A stretch of DNA of 64,000 nucleotides from Iphione sp. A-MEVVRFRX5 (lineage: Eukaryota), in contig OZ320314.1 in NCBI GenBank assembly GCA_976226885.1, positions 110,360,001 to 110,424,000 on the forward strand. Direction: 5' to 3'. The position numbers were made by a program, and so were the translations under genes. The notes below the pieces were generated by a model. That model saw nothing but the letters and a program-made list of their open reading frames with translations. It was not told the DNA's origin and searched no databases. Positions 49,700 to 63,472 of the stretch are shown here, in pieces. Positions within the stretch are counted from its first letter, which is position 1, and every line of letters starts with the position of its first letter.

Positions 49700-51350
49700 A
49701 AGGTCGCCCACCTTCTACTATTAGTATGATTTGCCAAAATAAATATACATGGACCCAGATCTCCATTCCAAATGGATAAAATAGTACGAAGCTGAACTGG
49801 AAGTAACACAATGGAGAAACTTTCGAATAACCGCAGTCATCCAAAATATTCCCTGCAGAGCACAGAGATTTCAGCATTAAATGAGGAACGACAGAACGAA
49901 TTATTCTAACTTTGTCAGGAAAATGTTCTGCTGTCTATTGATCTCAAAATACTACATGAAGTACACTCAGGCCGCGTTAACCGAATGACCTTCATTTCTA
50001 ACTAATTTGATTTAGTTAAAGGACTTCAGACATCAATGCATAGATTAAAACGGCTCACGTCTCAATCGACGCTAAGAAGAAAATTTAGAGAATTAGTGTT
50101 GGGTTAACGAGGTCTGATTTTATTCCTTTAAGTCAAAAGAGAGACTTAATAGAATTATAGGTGTTTGCAACATTCATTAATCTCAGCTACTTCAACGGAC
50201 TACTCAACCGTAATTCAGAAACAAACTAATCGTTTTATCTTGTAGACACCAGTTATCTAGGCGTTCAGTAGTGTTACTGTATTGTAATGAAACCCATCCA
50301 AATATTGTTAGTCTCAGTTCTGAGATGATACTGGTTCTTGAAACCTTCCCAAATTAATGCGGGAGGCGGTCAGTCCTACTCAAATAATGTACCAAAATAT
50401 GCGAGAAAGAATCGCAACATATGCCTGAACCAAAATAAACAATTCCCAGGGACTCTATCCTATCTGCAGTTACTTTCGAGATTCAATTGGGGATACAAAC
50501 AACAACTGGCAGCGATTTAAAGGAGTAGATGAAGCCTTTAAAATTTGGTTATCCCCCCACTCTTGGATAACTAAATCAGGAAAGGTAATTCCAGTATCAC
50601 GTGCAATCGAACGCTCGTGAAAATATCCGGTTTTTTTTCTCTCAGAACTTTCATTGTTGTCACTTCTTACAACGACGCAACTTTGAAAATTTTGAAACAT
50701 TCGCCAGAATCTTCCAATATTTGCGACACTCCCTTTCTTTCCCATTGGCACACAGAAAGACTCACTGTATCAGTACTAGACTGTTTATACTAATGGGTGG
50801 AAGAATCCCTTGTGTTCATGTATACATACAGCCCATATGAGGGGCACCTATGCATGTCAATTAAAGGACAGGAGAATATATAAAGGGAAGGGTACCAGTA
50901 CCACAGATTAAGCATATATAGAATGAACAACAAAGTCATGGATACCAGTGTAAGGGATAGAAAATTGCCCAACCCAATTATGAAAGAGGAGATCAAACCT
51001 CAGAAGTCAGGAATTATCTTAACAAGGCCCTCAACTGGGACATGGGTCAGAGGTGTGTAGGCGGTATTCATGGGCAGGAACACTCCATGACAGAGTTTGT
51101 CTGGTCGCACTTGGGTTCTGCACTGTTTTTGCCACATTCTCATCAAACAAAACCAAGCTGAGGTTGATAAGGATTAGGGTGATTTCTGCCTTTTCGTGAA
51201 GGTAGGATTACCAGTTTTTCTCACACTAAAAGCAAATCTCTTCTCGCGTCCTCTGCCCTGTATAGGTTCATTATGTTCTCTCAAACCAGTGAAAATTGCT
51301 TTCCCTCGTATTCAATTCACCTCAAGTTCCGCGGAGATTTGTGGAGGTGC
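49700..51350 (-). mobile_element. Possible L1/Tx1-like LINE remnant (N-terminal ORF2 region)
   Basis: PALIWEGFKN (SP.LLW.AFK-like) near 50330-50370; otherwise heavily decayed, and boundaries are approximate. Confidence 0.3.
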
Positions 51351-53642
51351 TGGTAGGAAATTAATTTCACCCTGAGAATGATATTACGGTGGGTACGCTA
51401 CGCTGGGAGGAGACTCGCTGCTGTAATGGAACAGTAATAGAGAGCTGGGAAGCATAATCAATGATGGACAGAAACCGATGGCTTCATCCCTCCCCCGTGC
51501 GATGACTACCGTGAAACTAGAGAAGTCAGCGTAAGGATCACAGAAGCGAAAGTGTGAACTGTAATATACATCCCTAAACTCTCTCAAACTTTGTAGTAGT
51601 AGAAGCAGCAGCACTTCCATCCCAGCAATATAGGCAACAGTATACGTACCTCCTTCTGCGGATTAACCTTATCGAATTGGCCTACTGGGCGGGGGGAGCA
51701 GATATTACGAAGGTGTCACATAATCCCACGGGAGCGATCTAATCACAGCCGGGGGACGTGTGTGATTAGATTCATGACCTGACCTTTTTGCGACCTGACC
51801 TTTAACAAACCACCGTCGTATACATTATGAAATTGACGCTCCGCTCCAGGTAGCACGCTTAACAAAGATGAGGCAGCCTAAAGGAAGTTTTGTCCCACGG
51901 GCTTTGTCCTACTATGTTCTACTTTAGCTCTGATGCCACCGTTTTCTCATCTGACATCCTGACCATCACCGTTAAAACAAGAGCTGCCTTCTCTTAGGTG
52001 CCACCTTGGGAGGTGCATCGAAAGCTAATTTATCACCCTATTGATCAATAACCTTGTAGATTTCCAGTGATTAAAATTATCCAACTACGAAATTTTTCAA
52101 CTAAAATTAATCACAGCCCGTGGCTCTCACTGCCGTTACTGACGTTATCCTGTGGGGATTTCGGGAATAAAACACGACTGCAGATGTTTTGGGGGTCGCA
52201 GTTTGACCTTTAGGATTGCCCAGATATGTTTTCACAAGCATTCAAATAAGAAGATACAAGCTGTTAAATTCGTATGTAGCTCGTTTTACTGGGTGTCACA
52301 ACTGGCCTTACACATTTCTTTCCGTTCTGATTTCTTGATTAAATATTATCTTCGGGGACCTGACCTCTTCCTGGAAGGGTTAACTCGTATACATACACAT
52401 AGACGGATAACGAATTAGGAATTAGGTTGACAAGAGTTCCCAATACAGCAAGGCGCCATGTTCTCAGAACGTTTTGATAAAAATTCTCATGAAGTGTCTT
52501 TTCTCATTCACTAACATTTCCATCAAGGTCTCATATGATATACTAAGTATAACACATTGTTAAGCACCAGGAGTGAATTAGTTCCTAGGTTATATGTTGT
52601 AATTCTATCTCACAGCACTTTGCCTCAACGGACCATCAACTTCAGAGGTCGATGGAGGAACTGAAAGCTGATACAAAGCAGAGTATTGGCTTTGTACGGG
52701 TAAATGTGGTAAAAACAACCGCTACGTTCCAAAACCTCTGATGACTACACGTAAAAAGGGGGAGCCGACCTATGGACGCCAAATTAATCTATCCTGGATG
52801 CTAGGTTATTTTCATCAGGTTAAACACCCGCAAGATGGACGTTGATCACATGATATCATGATGTGCGAAATTGGTCGAATGCAGAATAACTAACCACTTA
52901 TGAATTCATTCGTGAATTATTCACTCTAATGCGTCTGAATAATTGATGGGGAGGGGGAAATTTTTGTCCCCGTTAATCAGCCACACTTTTGTTCGCAGCA
53001 ATTAAATTCTGACTCGTGGGCGGGCAAGAGTAGTACGAAGTCTGGAAACCTCTGGCTAAAGACTGCAATGTAAGCTATATATAGCTTTGTTGAATAGCCG
53101 CAAGGGGTGGGGCGGGCTGGATGATGGCGATGATGATGTCTCTTCAATGTGGCTCACGTCGGAGTAAGCCTTCGGCATTGGAAACAGGTCATAAATCTCC
53201 CTCAAGAGGAGTGGGAGCGGTGGTGGGCGATGATAGGTAGAACCGGAGCACAGGATGAGACGAGGCAGTGGTGGGTGGTGGTCGTGGTCGTCGTGGACGA
53301 TGGTAGGGTCAACAGGGCGGAGAATGGAGCGTTATAGGACCCCTCCCCCCACCCAACACACACATACACACATACAAACATACACACGCATGGTCCCCTC
53401 CCAACCCTCTGAGTTAAGGCGAGTATAGGGGGAGCGGCCGTGTCTAGCCTACTGCTCGTCTCCCACGCCAGGGTCGTAGTAGCATCCACGGCGGGCTTTA
53501 AGGCTCTATCGCACTCAATACATACAATAATCAGGCCGCCAGCCTGGCCCGTCAACTGATGAGCTGGCAATGCCCGTTGGCAGGTCCAGGCTGGGCTGTC
53601 GTTAAATGGAGAGCCTTAGGTAGAGAGCATCGACAGGCCGAG

Positions 53643-53645
<3 letters not shown>

Positions 53646-53685
<40 letters not shown>
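53646..53685. repeat. (GA)n microsatellite
   Basis: Direct reading. Confidence 0.99.
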
Positions 53686-53688
<3 letters not shown>

Positions 53689-53904
53689 CAGTCTCCTCGG
53701 TCTCCCGGGGCTGTCAGTTTGGCGATCCCCTTCGGTGTTCGACAGATCGCTTGTCCTCCATATGCGGCAAGGATGACAGCTAACGTTGTCAGGTCAACTA
53801 ACACACAGACATGTGCACGCACACGCAGAGCGCGACTACATGGAGGGCACTCCTTCTGAGTCCCTCGCGAACAGAGTTTGCATCTGCTCGCGCATAATCT
53901 CCAC

Positions 53905-53950
53905 GCTCGGTGATGATGGATAATCACTCATGCCGTTTTATAGCGCCCCC
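53905..53950 (-). promoter_or_regulatory. Candidate TATA-box core promoter
   Basis: Minus strand GCGCTATAAAACG (TATAAAA at 53942-53936), followed ~25-30 bp later by an Inr-like CCATCATCA and then a CpG-rich ~750-bp tract. Confidence 0.4.
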
Positions 53951-56900
53951 CCCCCTGATTAGAAGAAAACCCCAGGCCTGACCGTGTCTTCCTTAAATGA
54001 ATTGGATCTGGTAGCAGGAAATAATAAAATTTTGGTCTTCGCCCTCGTCATGGCACTGTGTTTACTTACGAATAACGTGGTAACTTCGCACACAGGAACT
54101 CTTTTGGCTATGGCTCTTCATCTCATTATCGTTCATTTTCATTGCGTGCACAGCATACAAAGATGCGTGGACACTTTCTTCTTATCTATTGAACCTATGA
54201 TTATGGTATGTTTGGCACGTTCTTCATGAGCGACTGTCAGGACACGGATTGGTATGATTGTAACTCGATTTGAGCATAGTCAGAACAAAGCAAGATAAGG
54301 CAATAGACAGCCAAGAGTGGGACTAAGATCCATTAACGTGAGCCGATAAGGAAAGTACTCGCCCAGCCAACTCAGTTCATTCAATGGAATTGGCTAATAC
54401 CATGATGTCAAGGATCGCCAGGCGTTGCAGTATGAGTTGCGTCAAAACCTACTGACACGACCAACAACTCGTACCATGACCAGTTAACAGCAGTGCCAGC
54501 TCATGCTGCTACGGCCCGCTTTCTCAATCCCAACCTTAAACCATCATATATCTCTGCAATGGTTCAGATATGGTACTGCCGCACTTGAATGCAATATTGT
54601 TCTCTACGTTAAATGTCAAAGGCGGATGTTCAAGAGAGAAGACGCAAGCTGCCCGTGAATCGGTGATGACGTGAGTTGCGATGGGGATCCAGGACATCCA
54701 GTGATGGATACCAAATGACTCTTGTCATGACCAAGTTAGAGCATGACATACACAGTGGCCCATTCACAAAAGGACAAACTCATACCATGTCCAACTCACA
54801 CCATAACAAACTCATGACCAATTTACATCATGGCCAATTCGATGTACACTGTCTTGTTTTAACTTCTATTTGTAAACAATATATCAAAAGTGTGAGAGGG
54901 TTAATAGGTCAGATTATCCAGGTACAAATTGTGCTGATGCTCAAGGGTGTATGATAGATCATAGAAACTGTAGCAACGCACCCCGTGAGCAACTCACTAG
55001 CAGGGCGACTCAGAATTAGTGTGGCTCTTCTCAACAGATTAATCTTTATCATACAATCAACTCAGGCAGTAGGGCAACTATAGATAAGGTCAAAAGTGGT
55101 TAGTTTCACTGGTGGTCTAAATTCTGTGTTATTACCGAATCTGAAGCCCCCTAATGTTGTATCAGGCATGGGCTCCTTAATTCTCACTGACTGTATTTCA
55201 TTTCTTACTGAGTCTTTATTACTGTTTAATGAATAACACACCGTTCAAGAGATGTTATATATACCAAGTGTTATTTTACTATTTATATTTGAAAATTTAT
55301 TGAGGTCAACGGATCGCAAAGTAGATACTATCCACCTCGTGTCTCAGATGTAGTAATGAAAGAGATGGTTAAATTAACTCATAATTGTTCAGTGAGTTCC
55401 TTTATGAATGTTTATGAAGCATACTGACAAATGGCAAATGGAGAGATGTCTTTTGCAGGGCAGATTATTGCCATTCACTAGTTAGTTCGCAATGTGCTTA
55501 CATTTCCGTGAAAGCGGATCGCTCTTCTTAGATGAATTCAACACCCTCACTTTGACTGCGGTTTGGTTGTGAGGACGGTAACTAATAAAACTAACCTCCA
55601 GATGGGTATATGATACAATGGATATGGAAATCACATTTACATATCTTGCCAATCTATTATTCACAGGCATCGCCTTTTATAGGGAAAAAAATCTCCATAA
55701 TTTTCCCGATGCAATTTACCCTTGCCAGCAGAAAATTGACATGGAGGTTTCATGGAAGTATCGTGTGCACAGTGCCCATCTGCCTTAGATAGCACTATTA
55801 CTTTGTGGTAACGCTAGTCCTGTGGTCCAGCATCTCCAAAATCCCACAGGAGAACAAATCCTAATGATCATTCATCGGAAGAGGTACTGCGCAGGAATAC
55901 CTTCCTCTGGGAGAAGAAAACCATGGGGGTCCTACTAACTATCTTACTCCCCATGGTCACACACGACAAATGACACTCGTCTACTATAATGCAAGACCCT
56001 TAAAGTAATTTACAAAACAGCATATCGGTCGGTAGAACTATAGCGTAGGAAAATAAAGTATACCTTTGGGACTTGTAGCAAGCTACAAGAGAAAGACTCT
56101 ACAGGAGGAGAATACAGTCGCGTTTTTTTCCCGGAACTATAGTCGCCCTGTATAAGGCAACATGACATATGAAACGAGTATTTCATTGTATAGAATCCCT
56201 CGTAGTGTAGCCTCTCATACTATAGAATACCTCCTCAAGAAGGCCTTCGTAACGCATTTGCAGGATTATTCAATGTACGACATCCTGCACTACGGAATCC
56301 CATAGCATAATAGACTAAAAAAGTACAGCTTCTTGTAATGTGAAATCCTCATAATGGCAGGTATTTATACTGTAGACACTATACATCGTCTAACCTCCTG
56401 TAGTAAATGATGTATTCATAATAAATGCTGCTGTCGTACAAACACAGTCATAATAAAGCTCCCTTAGGTACAGAATCCCCCATAGGTACAGAATCCCCCG
56501 CAGTACAGTTTATGAACGTACATGATTCATTGCACTGCAGGGAGAATCTCATACTAAAGATCATCAATTGTATATTTTCTCTTTGCACATTTTCTCTCTG
56601 CACTTGCGATGGAGTGAACCAGGTCTTTCTGTGTTACATTTGGTTATTTCACTGGATGACCCTCTGAGCTCAAGCCCTTTTCATTCATCAGCTCACCAGC
56701 ATGCAATAAAGTTTTACTACTACTACTGTTACATGAGTATTTTGTGATGAGCGGTGCTGGGTACCATGGCAGTGTGAAAAGCTAACTGAACTACAAGCGA
56801 ATGATGATAAGGAAGGTTTGCAAAAGAGACACATTCACATAGACAATGCCTCTACGGATGCATCCTGATAAAACCTCTTGGTCAATTTGTGAAGTCGGCT

Positions 56901-58269
56901 CTGTCAAAGGTTGCAGGCATTTTGACCGGTTTTATGGATATTATTGCTATATGAATTCTAATGTTCTAGTCGAAGCTAGAACCTGCAGCAGGACATTTTT
57001 TAAACTCTTTATTTCCTCTGGAACATATATACAAATGTATTTAAATCCAGTTACAATATAATCCCTGAAAACGTAGGACAGTGTCATGGGCAGAAAAGCG
57101 ATAGTATATGCAGTTGATAAGCTTTTTGACTATAATAAGATGAATAAATCACAACCAGATGCTTATACAACATGTCTTGCCCATCCCTTTTGAAAATACA
57201 GAGTGGCTATGCCCTATTTGCCATTTTCTATCTTAAACGTCTTGCACCAGTTTGGTAAACCTTATAATATCCTAACCTGTTGTGCGTCACACAAAAACTT
57301 GCTCTCTATCAGTCCAAACACAGCGGAGCTGCCCCATGTGTAAGCTAAAACAAATCAACAAAATACAATCCACTCGCGGCTGCTCTACTACAATAATTGT
57401 CATAAATGATTAACACCCATCATCTTAGGACAGCAGCGGTTGCCCCATGTCCAGAAAATACATCATCAGAACACATATCTAGAGCGTACAATGAAACAGT
57501 CATAACCATCTACTCACCTCTCCGGTGCCTACATTGTTCAACCCACCTTAAAAGAAAGATGAAAATCCATGCCCAGCACTTTCACATAAAGACCAATATT
57601 CCTTTCATTCTTTTTTTTTTACCTTTATTTTCACTTGGATTGACATACAAATACTGAAGGTTCTAGTAATTACTACAGTTTCTTAACAAATGAGCGATGA
57701 TGTAAAATGATAAAAATGATGCCTTGTGATATGCATATGTATCTTAATGAGTGAATGCTTGCATTCCCTGGCCCATCTTTTTGTGCCACAACAACGTCCA
57801 AAATTAACATTTATTAGCCTTTACTACCCCAAATTTCTCAACTGCTACTCCCAGCTAGACCTAAATATATATATTATTAATATCTTTAATTTCAATTTCC
57901 CTTCCAAACCCAAGTCTTCAAACCAACCTTGACTATCATGAACTCTATCCAGTACCTGTCAATGGTATTTATGAGATATGTAAGCAGTGTCATGGGCATA
58001 ACATAGACAGGGTAGCAGCAGAGCCCCTAACCCCATGTATCTACCCTACATAACATCTGATAGCTAATGATTTAATAGATTTTGTGCTGTCACACAGTTT
58101 ATGGAACTCTATAAAGTGCCCTATACTTTCTATTTCCTTTCTTTATGGTGCTTTTAAAAGCTTTTTTATCCAGGTTGCTGATATCTGCAGAGATATCCCA
58201 CAATTTACTACATTTATACATCTGTGAATGTTTATAACCCTCCCACCTCAGTTTCTTTATCAGTATGTA

Positions 58270-58630
58270 CTTCCTCACCCTATTCTTGTAACTCTATTCT
58301 GTATTACCGGTACTGCTATTGTATACCCCAAGCTCAGCAACCTGGCGTCCCTGATCTTTAACAATTTTTCTATTGCTCCTTCAATGGTTATCTTCTGATA
58401 ACCAATGGCAACATTCATTATTGTTCCTCTCATCCTACAAACTTAAGTAAATACCCTTGACTTATCCATCACGTTGGTACTCAGCTCATATTCACTCAAT
58501 GCTAAAATCATCAAACAAGCTAAATTATTAGCATCTCTTTGCCCTTAGACTGACCTGATCTTCCTAAAATATCACAGCTTGCCAGCCAGTCTCCTGAATA
58601 TTAATCCCTGGTTGGCTGCCATTGTTAATT
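58270..58630 (-). mobile_element. Degenerate RTE-like LINE RT fragment
   Basis: PGINIQETGWQAVIF*EDQVSLRA...LSEYELSTNVMDKSRVF...IGYQKITIEGAIEKL resembles GIKI.G..I..LRFADDIALLA...LEEY.MKIN.KKTKVM...I.G..IEQV. Confidence 0.5.
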
Positions 58631-59380
58631 TTGCATCAAGCACAACATCCAAGTAAACCACCCTATTCACCACTCTCACCTTTACAGAACCTAGGTTCAC
58701 TTATCTCCCAGAGCAAACACAACCCTCCTACTCTGGCTGAATTGCATACACAACGTTTTCACAATGATTATTTGTGTTTTTGACTCTGTGGACCATGATA
58801 TAATCTCTGCCAGGGCACGCTTCACTCCTTACCACATTACAACCTCAGAATCACTCAACAAGGCAACAAGGCATGATTGAATGTAAGGTATCTTCTGTAA
58901 GATCTATACGATATTTACATGAATTTACATAATTTGCGGGTAACTTCATATACAAACAAAAATGTTGTGCCTAGAGGCTTTCAACTAGGAAATTATTCAA
59001 CATGCATTGTTGTGATACTTTCTTTCTTTATGCATATTTTGTCATCATTTGTTAGTGTGTGCTTCCGATCAAAACCGTACATCAGTATTGGCATCAGCAT
59101 TACTTCAGGCATTATCGGATGTTAGCAGAGAAAAATTCCTGAGTGTTGATGATAAGTAAAAAATGACTTTTAATGAAATAGACCGGGTTTTTAGACCATG
59201 GTGGACCCTGAGATGGATCATAATTAATCACATAAATCTGTATGTAGTTATTATATAACATTACATATGCTTTCATTTTCATTTATGTCTGAAATGGGAC
59301 ACAATACTACAACATATGCTGTATTATTGGTGTGTTTCTGGTAATAAGTCATAGATGAGCTATGAGGCTAAGAGATATTA

Positions 59381-60694
59381 GGGGAAAGGTGGGTAATTTG
59401 GACCAGTGGGTAAATTGGACCACATCACGATCTCTGATTTTCAGGCAAGGAAGGAATATAAGCACCATCCAACAACAAGTGATATAACTACACAATGTCT
59501 CAGAACTAAAATATGGTGGCTTCAAAAGAACATGTGCCAAGCTGAGAAACATTATTGGTTTTAACTCTCACTGATCTGATTTTACCAATTATATTTGGCA
59601 ATGTAGTTATGAGCAGAAAGTACATAGACCCCTAACATAATTTAATATTAATACGGTCTCACTCAGAAGCAATACTAACACCAAGTTTAGTCTCTGTCAT
59701 CTACACAAAAATGAGCAGAAAACACTTTTCCTGGGGATTGGTGTGTGGGTAAATTGGACCACTATAGGAAGGGTATATTGGACCACTGGTCAAACTACCT
59801 AACTCTGTCCAATCTACCTACACAACCATTACCTTTTCTTTTATGTGTTAAGCAGGCTTTGGAGAAACCTTGTGGTATCAGTATTTAGTATCAACATGGA
59901 GCCAATCTATTTTGAACTAAGACAGTATATTTAGTGCAAGTTTATGGAACTCAATGGTGTGCCCTTTTGTACTGTAAGTATTTTTTTATTGAAATGAAAG
60001 GCATCATTTTAAAAAATAAATCGAGAAACATTTATTGGTTTTTATTTATTTACTTTTGTTTTAACATATTTTGGACTTTCAATGATAAGACAACTGATAT
60101 AGATGTGTGGTAATTTGCCCAGGGTGTTCAAGAAGGTCATCAACAAAGCTCCCGTCACTAGTGCAAGGAGCTCTTTAGGCCTGAGAAGTTATCTTGTCAA
60201 ATAAATTTTTCCAGTTTTTTAAATGTTTGGTGAAATGTTTTAAATATACGTATACACACATTTTATAAAGTTGCAGCAACAGGTATGAAAGAAATCTATC
60301 CCAGGAATACAGGTCTCATTCTGATGTACATATTTTGATGGTAGAAGTCAAAAAACCATTGGCGTCACAACTAATAGTGACCAAAACCTTTCAAAGCCAT
60401 GCTGTTTGTTCCTGGGCCTTACATTTCTAGGACCTAGATTCATTTTACACCTGACTGAGCAGACTATGGCACCTGGTCTAATTTACCTTCCCTGTTGGGT
60501 AAACTGTACCAGTCATAAAAGATTTTCAATTGCATTTTACTCTAAGAGTAATCTAACTAAAATACCCCCAGTTTGTTGAAATATGCTGCAGCCCCTATTG
60601 CTTCAAAATAAGGAAAGTATTTTGACAGTGGCTTGGACATTTTGCTTTTAGAGCATATTTCTCTTAGGGGGGTCCAAATTACCCACCCTTCCCC
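59381..60694. mobile_element. 1314-bp non-autonomous DNA transposon (pogo/Tc1-like, TA TSD)
   Basis: 24-bp TIRs GGGGAAAGGTGGGTAATTTGGACC / GGTCCAAATTACCCACCCTTCCCC (1 mismatch); TA on both sides; internal copies of GGGTAAATTGGACCA at ~59408, ~59747 and ~59771. Confidence 0.9.
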
Positions 60695-61259
60695 TATTAA
60701 AACTTCGTAATGATATGACAATGATTAATCATTTTCAATGAATGAATAGAATAGAAGTACATTTACTTATATATACATTACATTTGCATACATAGCAGAT
60801 TCTTTTCATTTGTATTGACCAATTTGTATGACTAGTTCGAATCGTAGCATTAAAAATTGTTCATATATGAACTGTCTTTCTGTGGACTTTAGGCAATAAT
60901 TTCATCCTTCTAATGGACACATTAATTATTAGATTTTAAAGGAGATTGGATTATTCACACGGATGGATTTGCATTGTTAACCACAGTTTCTTTAATTCTT
61001 CTTGGGCAGAAATAAGAATCACGGTGCTTGCAGAACAGAATTAATTGTTAGCAAAACGTGTCATGAAAATGCTCATAATGGAAGCAAATTATGGGGAAAA
61101 TTATATATTATATATTAAATTTATAATATGAATGAAGAATACCAAGCAGTCCTGTCCGGAAGATGCTATCTTTAACATTACCTTCTTAGCCGCCACCCAA
61201 AGTAAAGTCCGTCGTGGCGAAAACGGCTTAGAAAACAAACACATAATACATCTCTCACA

Positions 61260-61456
61260 CAATCTGTCTCTCTCACCTTTCTCTCAATCATTTAATCTTT
61301 GTTGTTGTGGCTTTACCTCACTGTCTATCCTTCTTTCCATTCTTTCTTTCTCTCTATGTCCCTCTCATGTATTCACGCTCCCTCTCTCTTTCTCTGTCCG
61401 TCGCTTCTTCCTTTCTTTCACTTTCTGTTCCTTATCCCCACCCCCTCTCTCTCCTC

Positions 61457-61505
<49 letters not shown>

Positions 61506-61545
61506 CTCTATGTATCCCCTCTGTCCCTCTCATCTTTCTCTCTAG
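61260..61545. repeat. Pyrimidine-rich low-complexity tract with (CT)n core at ~61464-61502
   Basis: Direct reading. Confidence 0.95.
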
Positions 61546-63088
61546 AAAACTATTAGAAATATTAATGTACATGTAAAATGTGTCTAACCTGCTAAATTCC
61601 ACACAAATCTATCATACACACTCTGTTTTTTGTAATGTTAAAAGCAAGCCATTGTATGAAACAGGCAGGTGTATACTAAATGTGTGACAAAAGCTGAACA
61701 ATGAGTATCGAATGAGCATGGATATTCCAGCTGTGTATTGCCGTACACTAAGATGTACCCTAGGACGTACGATTGTAATACTTCATGAATTTCAAAGATA
61801 ATACTTATACCACAGGAGATTTTTACGCTTTAAATGAACATTACGAGAACTCTTAAGATAACCTACTATTATCACATTATGCAGATTTGTATCAAAGCCC
61901 TAAAAAGAAGAGGTATTTCACTGCTTTCTTTTAATTCTCTGGGAATATTTATGTGCTATGAAACTGCAACATTTTCTCCTATTTTATGAGAACGCTTTCA
62001 TACAGTACCTCTCTACCTAGAGATGCATACGAATTGCACCTTTTTGTCCTACCTTTGCACCGAGAGCGGCTTACAGAAGGGACGTTTTACTCATACAGTC
62101 CTTGCTAACCCAGAGCTATGCACAGATTAGATCTTCATACAACATAAGACTGAAAGCAAATTATAAAGCACGGGACTTTTTATACAGCATAAAAAAGCAG
62201 TCACAAATAGACTGGCCTTTTTGTAGTAGCATTTCCTCCACCGATTTATATTCAGATGGGGCTGATATATCATACGCTTTCAGTCAGAGTTTCATGCAGA
62301 TCACACTGTCATAGATGGTTCTTATATCTACGGGATTGCAATGTGTCCTGCCGAGCTCTATTTGTGACAGCTAATACATACTTTCATATGCGACATATGA
62401 ATTACACGTCGTAAGTAGCACTGCACCTTACAATAGGTCCCCCATCCTACGTAGTCCCAGGCACTCAGATTTACTGCCAGATTCATATCGGCCACCCCAA
62501 ATCTTAGTAAAACAATACTTGTCCACAGGATATTTACATGATACACCTCTATTATCGATTCAAATGTCACTATGTGATGATTGTACTGGTTGGAAGGTCG
62601 TTTGTGTAGTATTAGGGTCAATAGTATCCTGAGGCACCGTCCCCTATTCTATCAACCTCTATCCATGATGATATTCCTGAGGTGTCAGTACTGATTGGTA
62701 AGCTTTGCAACTTTGGCTTAGATCTACCAATGGTTCCGATCAAATTCAGTTGTTGAAATTTGTGTAATTAAGCATTCTTCTATCTGATAAAGCATGGCTC
62801 TTATGCAATTACTTGTACTAGTCAACGTCACCATAGTCTCCCATGGAAACCACGATCCTCTCACTTATCAGGCCACCTCACTATTTTAGCCTCAAAATGG
62901 AACCAAACATGGCCGGATGAGCGAGGTTTTACCGTACATGTCTGCACAATTTTTTCAATAGAATAAATAGACTTATCTGATCCTACAGGCTCCGAGATTT
63001 GAAACCTACTCTAAAATTCCTGTCTTCTAGATTCCACTCGGGCGGATGTCAACATCTTCACGTTCTACCATCTGGTAATATTTGTGTT

Positions 63089-63472
63089 CTAGTTACTTGT
63101 CCAATTATGGCCATTGTAAGGTAAACATTGCAACCACCACATATTACTCGTCATAACCTGGTGACCTCTGACTCTGCGGCCAACTGTACCATAAACCTTG
63201 GCAAACACTGTGGCAGATGGATATCTGTGAAGTCCTACCGATGAGTTAGTCACTGGAGTTAGGACACAGCAACCGAAGGTCATAAAATGGCTTACCCTTC
63301 TTGTTTCCTGACATTTCCCCCTAGCAACTGCTATTTTCGACTTCTCAGAGGCGGATACAGCCCGCATCCTCGTTTTTGTCGGCGACCACCGTGGCATGAG
63401 TAGCTCTGAGCAAGATTGAGGTGCTCCGAGTGATTCATGTAACGCAGTATAGCCATTAGCGATGCCAGTCAA
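63089..63472 (-). mobile_element. Possible CR1/L2-like LINE RT fragment
   Basis: MPRWSPTKTRMRAVS...FMTFGCCVLT resembles MKLNP.KTK.M.VS...FKILGV.FD. Confidence 0.3.
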
